NCBI RefSeq assembly: GCF_963921235.1
Contig: NC_086108.1
Span: forward strand, 23,870,001-23,934,000
DNA from: Mobula hypostoma
Lineage: Eukaryota
Length of the DNA: 64,000 nt
Direction of reading: 5' to 3'
In this document: in pieces, positions 46,313 through 58,859 of the stretch
Numbering within the stretch: position 1 is the first letter of the stretch
Layout: each line of letters starts with the position of its first letter
Program-made: the position numbers and the translations under genes
Notes under the pieces: generated by a model
Seen by the model: the letters and a program-made list of their open reading frames with translations, nothing else
Databases searched by the model: none
What the model was told of the DNA's origin: nothing

Positions 46313-48750
46313 ACTTAGGAAGCAGTGACCATAATATGATTGAATTCATACTGCAGTTTGAGAGTGAGAAGCATAACTCACATGTATCAGTATCGCAATG
46401 GAATAACAGGAATTATAGAAGCATGAGAAAGGAGCTTGCCTAGGTAGATTGACGAAGCATACTGGCAGGGATGTCAGCAGAGCAGAAATGGCTGAAGTTT
46501 CTGGGAATAGTACACAAGGCACAGGATAGATATGTCCCACAGAAGAGGAAATTCTCAAATGGCAGGAGTAGGTAATCGTGGCTGACAAGGGAAGTTAAAG
46601 ACTGCACAGAATTCAAGGAAAGGGATATAAGATAGCAAAAGTAAGTGGGAAGTTGGAAGATTAGGAAGCTTTTAAAATCCAACAAAAGGCAACTAAAAAC
46701 GCTATAAGAAGGGGAAAGATTAAATGTGAGGGTAGACTAGCCAATAATTTAAAGCAGGATACCAAAAGTTTTTTTTCAGTTATGTAAGGAGTGAAAGGGA
46801 GGTGAGAGTTGGTAATCGACCACTGGAAACTGATGCTGGTGAGGTAGTAATGGGGGACAAAGATATGGCAGGTGAATTTAATGGGTACTTTGCATCTGTC
46901 TTCACTGTGGAAGACACAAGCAGAGTGTGTCAGGGAGCAGGGGTGAGTGCCATTGCTATTTCAAAGGAAAAAAGCAAATTCAAAGGTCTTAAGGTAGATA
47001 AGTCACCTGGGCCAGACGGACTACATCCCAAAGTCCTGAGAAAGGTTGCTGAAGAGATAATGGATGCATTGGTCATAATCTTTCCAGAATCACTTGATTC
47101 TGGCTTGGTCCCAGAGGACAGGAATACTGCAAATGTCACTCCGCTCTTTAAGAAGGGAAGAAGGCAAAAGAAAGGAAATTATAGACCAGTTAGCCTAACC
47201 TCAGTGGTTGGGAAAGTGTTGGAGTCTATTATTAAGGACAGGTTTCGGGGTGCTTGGAGACGAATGATAAAATAAGTCAAAGTCAGCATGGTTTCTGAGA
47301 AGTGAACTCTTGCCTGACAAATCTGTTAGAGTTCTTCGAGGAAGTAACAAACATGGTGGACAAAGGAGAGGTAGTAGATGGCATATAATTGGATTTTCAG
47401 AAGGTGTTTGATAAGATGTCACACATAAGGCTGCTTAACAAGATAAAATACTATGTAATACTATGGCATTACAGGAGAGATACTGGCATGGATAGAGGAA
47501 TGGCTCACAGGCAGGAGGCAGCAAGTGGGAATAAAATGGGTCTTTTCTGGTTTGTTGCCAGTGACTAGTAGTGTCCCTCAGGGGTCAGTATTGGGACAGC
47601 TGCTTTTCATATTGTTTGTCAGTGATTTAGATAATGGAATTAGTGGCTTTGTGGCAAAGTTTGCAGATGATACGAAGACAGGTGGAGTGGTAGATAATGC
47701 TGAGAAAGCAATGCGATGGCAACAGGACTTTGTTAGAGTGAGTTTTTGGGTTGATGATTCATTTACACTTAAATGACTTTGGCCACCAGTCTTCTGTTTA
47801 ACAAAGTACTGTGGATTGAGTTCACAACAATGCATTTCCTAAAAGCTGTGAATATCGGAATACTAGCCAGATGCTGCGGATGGAAGTGAGAAATTTACAG
47901 GTAGTTTCAAAGACAGTGATATCTATACTTTATAAATATGAATTGTCCTCTATGCTAGCACATAAAATACCAAATAAGTATATTGTGGATTTAACTTGCA
48001 CTCCTAAAGTCTGTGAGTACCAACTCAGACATGTGGGCGTCTGGAGGAGAGGATGAAGTCAGAAGGTGTGAGGTTTTAGTATGTAGCTTCAAAAGAAAGC
48101 ATTGTCTATGCATCATCTATAACGTTGTAAATAGGAATTGCCCTTTGTGTTTAGCATATAAATATCAAGTCCACATTGGGCTAGCAAACCTTTCTACCGA
48201 AAGCGTCTCTGTCCGTATGACGCCTGCTGTACCTTGTTTTGTCGAATAATGAAGCTGCTTTGTATCTACCAGTAACTCTGTCTCTCTGGTGATTACATCC
48301 ACGCCACAACAGACTTAAACAAATTGGAAGACTGAGCAAAAAAGTGGCAGATGGAATACAGTGTTGGGAAATGTACGATAATGCAGTTTAGTAAAAGAAA
48401 CAATAATGCAGGCTATTATCTAAACAGGGAGAAGGTTCAAACATCAGAGGTGCAGAGGGACTTGGGAGTCCTTGTGCAAGACTCCCAAAAGGTTAATTTA
48501 CAGGTTGAGTCTCTGGTAAAGAAGGTAAGTGCAATGTTGGCATTTATTTCAAGGAGAATAGAATATAAAAGCAAGGACATAAGGCACTAGTCAGGCCATA
48601 CTTGGAGTATTGTCAACAGTTTTAGGTCCTATATCTCAGTTTTAGGTCATTGGAGAGAGTCCAAAGGAGGTTCACGAGGATAATTCTGGGAATGAAGGGG
48701 TTAACATATGAGGTGTGTTTGGCAGTTTTGGGTCTGTACTCATTGCATAT
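46313..48750 (+). mobile_element. Decayed CR1 ORF2 (end of endonuclease through RT), interrupted by a solo LTR
   Basis: LGSSDHNMIEF, KSPGPDGLHP, GNYRPVSLTS, VPQGSVLG, KFADDTK and WQMEYSVGKC, with many stops and frameshifts. Confidence 0.93.
47731..48311. mobile_element. Solo LTR, 581 bp
   Basis: TGTT...AACA termini and a 5-bp TSD GACTT (47726-47730 and 48312-48316). The CR1 reading (QQDL..KLED) rejoins when it is removed. Confidence 0.9.
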
Positions 48751-50804
48751 TTTTTTAAAAAAGGCTGGATTTCTCTTCAATACTTAGATGGAATTTCCTT
48801 TCTGGAATAACCTGAAGGGATCCAAGCACTTAAGGAATTCCATAATTTATTTACATCCTTCACATGGCTCACCACTTAGCAATGGAGTTAATGGATGAAG
48901 GAAAGAGAAAGGAGAAAAGGAAAGAAAGGAAGCATTAACCCAAAATCTATTGGTATTAAAGGCATTCAAAGTGATTGCAGTACTGATGTTAAATAGTTAA
49001 AAAATTATTTCAACTGTTGCAGAACTTCCTCCTCTCTTATACCCTTCATTCAATATGGGGCGTGCATCAAGCTTGGATGTATCATATTGCCTATGAAGTG
49101 TTCAACTTCTGCGAAATATTAACAAGTAAACCATGAGGCTAGAAATGAGCCTGGTGCAAGAATTCATTCAATTGTTTGAATATAGTCATTACTTCAGAAA
49201 GTTGGTATTTGTGAGGCAGAAGAACTAGGCCTTGCATTAATATGCTGTCAGAGAGAAGAACATCTAATAGTCGGCATTCTCTGTCCAACCAACACAAAAA
49301 CACTAATTAAACTCAGTCAGGTCTGTTGCGCCAGCCACATTATTTCCAGATATCAAAGCAGATCCTCTGTTTTGAGCGCCGTCATAGGAAGTGATTAAAA
49401 GTGGGGAGGAAGAGAAGATACAAGGATGTTCTCTAAGCCTCCACAGGACAATGCAACATTTCACACTGACTCCTTGGAAGCCCCAATCCAACACTTCTCC
49501 AAGGCAAGGAGAAATATTTGGGAAGGTACTGATGATCTCAGGTCCATGCATCAGGAGCACATAAAGTCTACCTCACAAGCTGCCCAACCCTTGTCCTGTC
49601 AGCTAGCACCTGCCTCATTTGTGGCAAAGTCTGTAGACAGTTCCCATATTGATCTCATCCCTCACCTCAGAACCAGAGTGGAAGAAAATCAAACACGACC
49701 CCAAGGTACTGCTTAAGTAGTTTTAAATGCAATTCAATTCAGACTAAGTAATTACTTTAATCAACCAAAAGTCTGAAAGCATATCAGATATGCAAATTGA
49801 AATCAGCATGTTCTTGATACAACAGAGAAATTCAGCGTTAGCTGCCGGGAGGTGGAAACCTCTGATCATGACCCTGCTCATAAATATCATTCATCTGAAA
49901 AATTAAATAAAAACACCATTTCTACAGCAACTGCACCAATTAATAAATTATCATCCTTATTAAAGGTACTGAACTGTAGAATTGCATACAAATATTTGTA
50001 TTACAAATATTTCCAGTGTCATCACTAATTCTGGCAAATCAGTCTGCATTAAGTGGAAGTCTGTGAAGGAACGGCGAAGGAAAATAGCCCTTGAAGAAGT
50101 GAGAAGGAGGAGTCTCCACCCTATCAAAACAGTGCACTGTTCCCTCCCACTTCCCAATTCAGTTGAAAGCCCAATAACCCGAAGCAGCAATGCTGTTTTT
50201 TTCTCACCACAGATGCAGCTAACTCAGAAAGGACTGAACATTTTGTTTTTGCTGTGAGTTTCCAGCAAGTATAGATGTGTAGCTTTTCAAAGCTTTAAGA
50301 ATGCACTGATTGGAAAATGTTCCACATGCTAACTTCGTACATGTCGACCGAAACACTGAGGCCAGAATCACTACAGCCACAGTTGGGGCACCTGTATGGA
50401 TACACTCAACATCAGCTAGACCAAGGAATTGAATGTGGACTTCAGGAAGGGGTACAGGAGCCTGAAGACTGCCAATCATTAAGTACAGCTTCTACCCCTC
50501 TGCCATCAGATTTCTGATTCATCCATTGAACAGTATCTCAATAGTCCACATTTGCACGATTTATTTTTGTAACATAGTATATTGTTTTATGCTTTGTACT
50601 GTACTGTTGTCACCAAACAGCAAATTTCATGACCTATGTCAATGATAATAAATCTGATTGTAATTCCATACCACTTTTTATTGATAAGGGTAGTGGGAGA
50701 TAAAAGGTTTAAAACTCCCTGGTGTAGAATGTCGATCACATTAGACGTCTCTTCCTTTATGTTCTGTGCAACCCTATAAAGCAACTGCTAAGCATAACAA
50801 AACA

Positions 50805-51066
50805 ATATTTATTCATTCTAGCACAGTGGGTTCACAGGCTAAGCCAGCACTTAATTAGCCATCCCCAATTGCCTTTGAGAAGTCTATGGTGAGCTGCCTT
50901 CATGAAGAACTGTAGTCTTTGAGGTATGGGTGACCCCAGGAGTTCCCAACCTAGTGTACATGGATCCCTCCGTTAATGGCAGGGATCTATGGCATAGAAA
51001 AGGTTGGAAGCTCTGGTATACTCATAATGCTGTTTGGGGAGAGGGAGAGGGAGAGGGAGGGGGGGA

Positions 51067-51099
<33 letters not shown>

Positions 51100-51210
51100 A
51101 CGCACTTCGGGGCTTTGACTCACAAATATTGAACAGCTATATATTTTGAAGTCGGGATGATGTTTGGGTTAGAGGACAATTTTCAGAGTATTGTGACCCA
51201 GGATTTTATA
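50805..51210 (-). mobile_element. Ancient LINE 3' tail carrying a MITE and a (GA)n tract (about 51065-51098)
   Basis: gccatccccaattgcctttgagaag...gagctgccttc is the reverse complement of the tail at 11320-11380. Confidence 0.6.
50937..51015. mobile_element. ~80-bp hAT/Charlie-type MITE
   Basis: Termini caggagttcccaacct and aggttggaagctctg. Internal sequence is shared with 41458, 57527 and 58280. Confidence 0.75.
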
Positions 51211-51211
51211 A

Positions 51212-54180
51212 CATAGAACTTAGAACAGTACAGCACAGGAATAAGCCATTCGGTCCATAATGTTGTACTGAACCAGCTAAAGAGCCAATCAAAAACATCC
51301 AAACACTAATCTCTCCGATCTACACTATGTCCATATCTCTCCATCTTCCTTACCTCCATGTGCCTATCCAAACATCTCTTAAAAGCCTCTAATGTATTTG
51401 CCTTTCCCACCATACCAGGCACCACATTCCAGGTATCTGCAACTCTCAGAGTAACAAACATCCCTCACTCACCCCCTTGAACCTACCCCCTCTCACCTTC
51501 AACATATGCCTTCTAGAATTAGATATTTCAACCCTGGGAAACAGATACTCTCTGTCCACTCTATCTATGCCTCTCATAATCTTATAAATCTCTAACAGAT
51601 CTCCCTTCAGCCTCCGGCGCTCCAGAGAAAACAACCCAAGTTTATCCAGCTTCTCATGATAACACATGCCCTCTGAACCAGGCACATCCTGGTAAACCTT
51701 TTCTGCGCCCTCTCCAATAATGGGGTGACCAGAACTGTATGCAATATCCCAGATGTGGCCTAACCAGCATTTTCTAAAGTTGCAACATAACCTCTTGAAT
51801 TTGAACTCAGTGCTTACCTAACAAAAGCTAGCATTCCTAACCCTTCTCGCCTGTGGCCTGTTCCAGCAATCTCATCTCTTGCCTCGTTCAATAACATCCC
51901 ATCAACTCCCGGGGACATCCACCTTAATACATTACGAGGCCCAACACTCCCTCCTCCTTGACCTCTAATCGTCCTAACATATTTATACACTCAGTGCTGA
52001 TCTCCTGGTCCTCCACATCCCTTTCCTTGGTAAATACTGAAACAAAGTACTCATTAAATATCTCACTCACATTCTCTGCATTCAACCAAATGTTCTCTCC
52101 TTTATCCTTGAGTGGCCTTGCCCTCTCCCTAGTTGCTCTTGATGTATGTATAGAATGCCTTGGGATTCACCTTGATCCTACTTGCCAAGGTCTTTTCATG
52201 ACCTCTCCTGGCTTTAGTTCTTTTCTGGCTTTTTTGTACTCCTCATGTGCTTTGTTTGATTCTGACTTCTGAAGCTTTACATAATTCTCTCTTTTCTTCT
52301 TGACTAAATTCATCACCTCTCTGGACATTCAATGTTCTCTTATCTTCTCATCCCCGTCCTTCTTTCTGAAAGGAACATATCTTTACTGTACTCTCGCAAT
52401 TGATCTTTAAACACACTCCATATGTCTGATGTGGAATTGCCAGAGAAAAGGTGTTCCTAATTTATGCTTCTGATTTCCTGCCTACTGCCCTCCTGATTTA
52501 CTCTACTCCAATATAAAACTCTCCCACAAGGACCATACCTATCCTACCTATCCTTATCTAAGGCTATCTTCAAAGTTAAGGAGCTGTAGTCACTGTTACT
52601 TAAATATTCACCCACTGAAAGGTTAGTCACTTGGCCAGGCTCTTACCCAATACCAGGTCCCCTCCTCTCATAGGACCACCCACATGTTGATTTAAGAAAC
52701 CTTCCTGGATACACTTAACAAATTCTGCCCCATCTAAACCCTTTGCACTAAGAAGGTCTGAGTTTGTACGAGAGAAGTTGAAATCCCCCCATGACAACAA
52801 CCCTGTTATTTTTACACATTTCCTTAATGTGATTACATATCTGTTCCTCAATGTCTGTGTGGCTATTAGGGGGTCTGTAGTACAATCCCATCAGTGTGAT
52901 TGCATCCTTCCTATTCCTGAATTCTACCCAAATGGACTCAGGGTCTCACCCCTCCATTGTGTGTTCCCTCTTGAGTGCAGTTGTGATATTGTCCCTGATT
53001 AAGCAGTGCAACTCACTCCCCCTCCCCTTTACTTCCTCTTCTATCTTTTCTAAAACTTTGAAAACCAGGTACGTTAATCATCCATTCCTGCCCCTCGCTC
53101 AACCAAGTTTCAATAATGGCTACAACATCGTAGTTGCATGTAATGATCTTTGCTCTAACTTCATCACTCTTACCCATAATAGTCTTAGTGTTAAAATATA
53201 CAAACTTCAAACTATCCACCCTGAACTACCTCTTATTTCAACTTTGCCTATCTATACTTTCCCTGTCATCTACCTTCTGGTCCGATTCTTCCCTTACTGA
53301 CCTGAGGTTCCGGTTCCCAGCCCTCTGCAAAACTAGTTTAAACTCTCTCAAGTAGCATAAGCAAACCTCCCGGTATCTTGAAACCCTGCCTCTGCACCAT
53401 CTTCTTAGCCACTCATTCATCCATGCTATTGTCCCATTCCTATATGCACTAGCCCCTGTCACAGGGAGTAATCCAGGGATTACAACCTTGGAGGACTTTT
53501 GCTTCAGCATCTTCCCTAACACTACATAGTCTCTACATTGGACCTCTTCCCCTTTTCTGCCCATGTCATTGGTGCTAACATGCACCACAACCCCTAGCTG
53601 TTCCCCCTCCCCTTTGAGGACATCTTGCAGCCGCTCTGATACATCATGGACCCTAGCACCCAGGAGGCAACATATTATTCTGGTGTCTATTTTGTGGTCA
53701 CAGAATCTCCTCTCTGTCCTCCTACTATTGAGTCTGCTATAACTACAGTCTGCCTGACATTATCCTTTCTTCTTGGGCCCCAAAAATGATCACATTGCCA
53801 CCAGCCTAGCTGTGGTGCTCTGATCTCTGATCATCTACCCCCCCCCCCCCCGCCAAACGGTACTTAATGAGGTATACTTGTTGCTGAGGTGAATGACCAC
53901 AGGGGAACCCTATACTGACTACTTACACTGGTGGTCACCCACCTACTGTCCAAAGGCTGTATTCTGGGTGAGGCCACCTCTTCTAAAGTCTCATCTATAA
54001 TACCTTAATTCTTCTGAATGATCCTCAGTATATCCAATTCCATTTACAACTCCCTAACGTGGTCAAACAGGTGCTGAATTTGTGTGCACTTCCTGCAGAT
54101 GTAGTCATCAGGGAAATCGCAAGGTATCCTAAATTCCCACATCTGGCAGGAGAGGAGCATTCCATCCTGACTACTCCATA
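51212..54180 (-). mobile_element. CR1 LINE spanning ORF1 to the 3' tail, with the RT core missing (junction near 51850)
   Basis: ORF1 esterase-like VHVSTNDMGRK...KVVIPGLLPV, endonuclease LKFVYFNTKTIMGK...IIETWL and GDFNF, and a 3' part LERRRLKGDLLEIYK with a tail near 51215. It could be two joined copies. Confidence 0.85.
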
Positions 54181-55579
54181 CTAAAAAAAATCTTCTTCAC
54201 TGTTAAGGCAAAGCCTTCCCACTCTATCACTGGCACACCCTGACAATGGCTGCTCTGTTTGAGCCTACCTTCCTTTTATTTGCAGCAGTGTTTAGGCCTC
54301 TGACACCAACACTTACTGTGCCTGCCCCTGTCCCCCTAGCTGCTGGAAGTTGCTGGTGATCAAGCTGAAGCCACTGCCTGAAAGATAATCACAGTTTGGA
54401 CCCGCTCTGCTTTGAGGGAGGGGAGGGCTTGGATGTGAAGTATCCGATTGTTTGGACAGGAAGTCAGGGTACATCATGGAGAATTCAATGTGACCCAGCC
54501 AATACTATACTTTGCATATTGTTTAAGGTGGAAGATCTTTGGAAGTTAGCAGAACAGATGGAAAATGACCCTTTGCATCCCCAATGAAGAAGCAAATTAC
54601 TGGGGTGCTTTAATAGAAGGAGGATACTGAAAAACAAAGAAGAAATGCCAATTTGTGTTGAGCCTTGATGAAAATGCAAGGAATATTGTGAAGAGCTCTG
54701 GTCTCTAGATTCAAAAAATGAAACATGAAAATACCAGAGAAAATGTATGAAAGATTTGTTGGGCTGAGTAGGATTTAGAGGCCTACTTTCACATTGCACC
54801 TGAAAGCTAAGAAAACAAATTTAGATGCTGGAATTCTGAAGTCAAAAACTGCCAGTGCTGGAAATGCTCAGCAACTCAAAAAGCTTCTGGGGAATGAGAA
54901 ATAGAGTTAATATTTCAGAAATAAGATATAAGGTGTTTTATAATTTCCTTATCTGGTATAAAGTACAAGATAAGGAGATGAAGGGATAAAAGTAAGCACA
55001 TCAGCCAAGATGTTCTTGAGTGATGGAGCAAGCAGGGAGTGGGTGAGAGGTTCTGCTTGTTTCTTATGCCCTCTCTCCATTTTCACTTCATTAATTTTTC
55101 TGGGGTTCTGGGCCGAGAGTGGGACAAGAGGTGAGCATAATGATATCCTGACATTGTAAAATGGGGCCTCTATACTGTTATTACAGTCATCAAAAGATGG
55201 ATTCTGGCACCCCCATGTTTTGCAACAATGTAAGTATCTTGAAAAAAATGTTACCCATCTTCCCCGCATTAACCTACCCACTCACCCTCAAGCCTGTGAG
55301 GGTGAAATAATGATGTTTATTGCCATGGCTTTCCAGCTACTGAAAACATATTTCATCTGCTTAATGAAGAAAAATTCTTTATTTCACACTTTACTGAATC
55401 ACCTTTGCTAAAATAACAAGCACCTTTATTACAGGAATCTTGTAGCTCTTCTCTCGTGAATGCAGATTGGAAAAGGTTTTACTTTCCATGAACTGTAGCT
55501 TTCTTAATTACACAAACAACTTAAATCTCAAAATTATGGTGTATTTCTATTGACATTAGGTGGAAAGTGATTCAGTGAT

Positions 55580-55880
55580 TCAGTTAATAGAGTTGTTACC
55601 TCACAGTTCCAGCAACCTGGTTTCAATCCAGTCCATGTTAAGTTTAAACCACCTCCCTGCTATCAAGTGAATTTGCTCCAGATGCTTTAGTTTCCTCCCA
55701 TACAGCATAGCTGTGCAATTTTGTAGGTGAACTGGCCACTGCCAATATCTGTTGTTTCTGGTGGATTTGGTTTGGGAAGGTGGGGAGATGAAAAGGGGAT
55801 CAGAGTTAGATGAGTGTAAATGTGGCACTGTTGGCAGCACACACTCAGTAGAATAAAGAACATATTTTTTCCTGTATGAC
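55580..55880 (+). mobile_element. Decayed V-SINE
   Basis: Contains cctcacagttccagcaacctggtttcaatcc...ctccagatgctttagtttcctcccatac...ttcctgtatgactcta. Confidence 0.55.
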
Positions 55881-56972
55881 TCTAATGCATAAACCCCCAA
55901 AACAGGACACAGTACATTAACCTCCTGAATTATGTCTCTGTGTTCCATGAAATGGATGCAGCATTATGTTCCACTAAGACTGCTTTTGCCCCAATGCATT
56001 AGCATCTAAGTATCATAGTGGAGTCCCCTTTGCTTTCAAATGCCTGTCTAAGCTCCAGTGAGAAGATGAGCTGCTTCTCTCAAAGTCTAACACTGAAAAA
56101 CACTTGCAATGCCAATAATGAACACCTCTTAATTATAAGGTCAGATTTAAATGAGTGGGTTATCAGAATCCTTGACAACAATGACAATAAAGGAAACGTG
56201 AAAACCTGCTGCCAATTTGTAAATAAGCATGTTATAATGTCTGTAAACAGATAAAAAAAAACCTGGATAACCAAAGAATTCTTTTCATCCTAAGAGTTTT
56301 ACAGCTGAGACCATTCGGCCCGACCGATCTTTGTACTCATGGGAAACGCCGAGAAAGAATGGAGGAGGACAGATAGCACCTATCACAGGTGCTATCCAAG
56401 AGATTCAACATGGTAACAATGAAAGTCACCCATAATCAAAAAGATACGTGATGATTATCTTTATTCCTAATGCGTTGTGATTTTTTTTACAACCCTAGAG
56501 CAGTGAGGTATTTTCACAGGAAACAAACTATACTGGCTTGGCACCAGCTAGTTGGTTGTGACAGCACTTGACATTGGATTATATATTTGAAATCCAGGCA
56601 GACCTAGTGTACACATCAGTATCTGGATAGTAAATGGTTACAATAACAATGCTATTTAGAAATGATGTTATTTTTCAACAATCTTTTTTGAAGATTAATA
56701 ATTTTTGAACAATTTTTTGAAAATACTTTATCTATTACAGTCTGTCTCTGTTACACTTTTATTAATAGTGAAGCAATGAATTCACGTACACTGTATAAGC
56801 AATATTTTCCTCATCTATTTTCCTTAAAAAAGTCTATAATTATCGTTACTACTTCATTAATGAATAATAATCTCTGCTCAAAATTACCATGGCATCTGAG
56901 AGAGTTTTTTTTTAGAAGAATCTTGTCAATTTGCTGCATGTTCTCAAAAAGGTATCCCACCCTAGTATAGAA

Positions 56973-57187
56973 GAAGAACAAGAAAGCCCTTAACTCCGAG
57001 TGGAGTCATCGGGACGTCGTCATGATGACGGTTTCTTAGCAGGTTTTCCTATTTTTACGAGGCCGAATTGCTAGCTCGACGCTCAACCCAGCATGGATTG
57101 AAAGCATACAAGGGAGCCGGCTGGATTCGAACTTGGGAGCCTTCGCTCCAAAGTCCAGCGCTGATGCCAACACGCCACCAGCCAACA
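56973..57187 (-). mobile_element. tRNA-derived SINE, full length
   Basis: Minus strand has A box TGGCGTGTTGG, B box GTTCGAATCC and a (TTC)n-like tail. The 14-bp TSD ACCCTRGTATAGAA lies at 56959-56972 and 57188-57201. Confidence 0.9.
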
Positions 57188-57526
57188 ACCCTGGTATAGA
57201 ACCTCCACACATTTCCATATCCAGCTGAGGTTACGGATAACCACCTCTTCTAGATTTGTACAAATGCAATCCATTAATTGTGCCCTGACTGTTGACTAAC
57301 CAATTGGTACTGGATGGCTTACTGTTAACACCCAGAAAGCCAAAACTTCCATTTCCTCAGAGGCAATTTGTCCTCAACCAATTGGAATGCAGAGCATCTA
57401 TTTCTGTTTCCTTTGCTGGTTTAAAGAACATTTATGAAGAATGAAAATTAAAAATTCCTACTTAGAAAAGAAAAGATTGTGGACAGCAAAAGTACAATAA
57501 GGACACAGTGCAATAAAAGGTGAATA

Positions 57527-57607
57527 CATGGGTTTCCAAACTGGGGTCCATGGACCTTTTACTTAATGGTAAAGCTCCATGGCATGGCAAAGGGTTGGGA
57601 ACCCCTG
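57527..57607. mobile_element. ~80-bp hAT/Charlie-type MITE
   Basis: catgggtttccaaactggggtccatggacc...ggttgggaacccctg. Confidence 0.75.
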
Positions 57608-57796
57608 GTGGACAGACTATATAGTTTGACCGATGTTGTGAAGGCAGGAACTGAATCAGAAATGGAATCAAGTTTAATATCTCTGGCATATATTGTGAAA
57701 TTTGTTATTTTGCAGCAGAAGTAGATTGCAATAAATAATAATATTAAAAATTACAATAAGAACTAAATATAAAAAACAAATTAAGTAGTGAAAAAA

Positions 57797-58150
57797 GAGG
57801 TGTATAAGATGATGAGAGGCATTGATCATGTGGCTAGCCAGAGGCTTTTGCCCAGGGCTGAAAGGGCTAGCACAAGAGGGCACAGTTTTAAGGAACTTGG
57901 AAGGAGGTACAGGGGAGATGTCAGGGGTAAGTTTTTTATGCAGAGGGTGGTGAGTGCATGGAATGGGTTGCCGGCGACAGTGGTGGAGGCGGATACGATA
58001 GGGTCTTTTAAGAGACTCCTGGACAGGTACATGGAGCTCAGAAAAGTAGAGGGCAATGGGTAACCTCAGGTAATTTCTCAGGTAAGGACATGTTCGGCAC
58101 AGCTTTGTGGGCCGAGGGGCCTGTATTGTGCTGTAGGTTTTCTGTGTTTC
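57797..58150 (+). mobile_element. Well-preserved CR1 3' end
   Basis: [22 protein letters not shown]...[14 protein letters not shown], closely related to the inverted copy at 21380-21730. Confidence 0.93.
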
Positions 58151-58279
58151 TTTGTTTTTAAGAGAGGAAAAATATAGTGTGGTAACGTTCATGGATTCAT
58201 TGCCCATTCAGAAATCTGATAGCAGAAGGAAAAACCTTTTCTTGAAACACTGAGTGTGTCGCTTCAGTCTCCTGTACCT

Positions 58280-58358
58280 TTGAGGTTCTTAACCTGGGGT
58301 CACGGACCTCTTGCTTAATGGGATTAGTCTGTGGCATGAAAAAGATTGGGGACTCCTG
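58280..58358. mobile_element. ~80-bp hAT/Charlie-type MITE
   Basis: Same internal sequence as the other copies, with 8-bp TSD CTGTACCT/CTCTACCT. Confidence 0.75.
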
Positions 58359-58859
58359 CTCTACCTCCTCCTTGATGGTCACAATGAGAAGAAGGCATTT
58401 CTAGGGTGATGGGTGTCCTTAATGATCACTGTCGCCTTTCTGAGGCATTGCATTTTCAAGCTGGGGAGGCAAATGCCCGTGATGGAACTGGCTGAGTTTA
58501 CAACTTTCTGCAACTTTTTCTGATCCGGTGCAGAGGCTTCTCCATACCCAAAGGTGATCCTTGTAAATTTTCACTGTACTCTTCTAAATTTATTTACATT
58601 TTTCCCTTAGATAGATGACCAAAACTGCACACAATACTCCAAATTAAGCCTCACCAATGTCTTATACAACTCCAACATACATCCGATCTCCTGTACTCAA
58701 CACTTTGATTTTTGAAGGCTAATGTTCCAAAAGCCTTCTTTATGACCCCAACTACGTGATGCCACTGTCAATAAATTTTGGACCTGTATTCCCAGATCCC
58801 TTTGTTCTACCCCACTCCTCAGTGCTCAACGGTACACTGTGTAAGACCTACCCTGGTTT

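Larger units (their letters stand above)
57650..58555 (-). mobile_element. Rex1-type LINE 3' end carrying a CR1 tail and a MITE
   Basis: Minus reads KVFPSAIRFLNG and CLRKATVIIKDTHHP. Its tail near 57650-57710 resembles 13665-13720. Confidence 0.7.

Noticed and set aside
56372..56396. Perfect 10-bp hairpin GATAGCACCT-atcac-AGGTGCTATC
   Set aside because: About one such stem is expected by chance in 64 kb, and there is no supporting context.
57110..57187. tRNA gene (A and B boxes present)
   Set aside because: It is the head of a TSD-flanked SINE with a second copy at 43.3 kb, and no full cloverleaf is evident.
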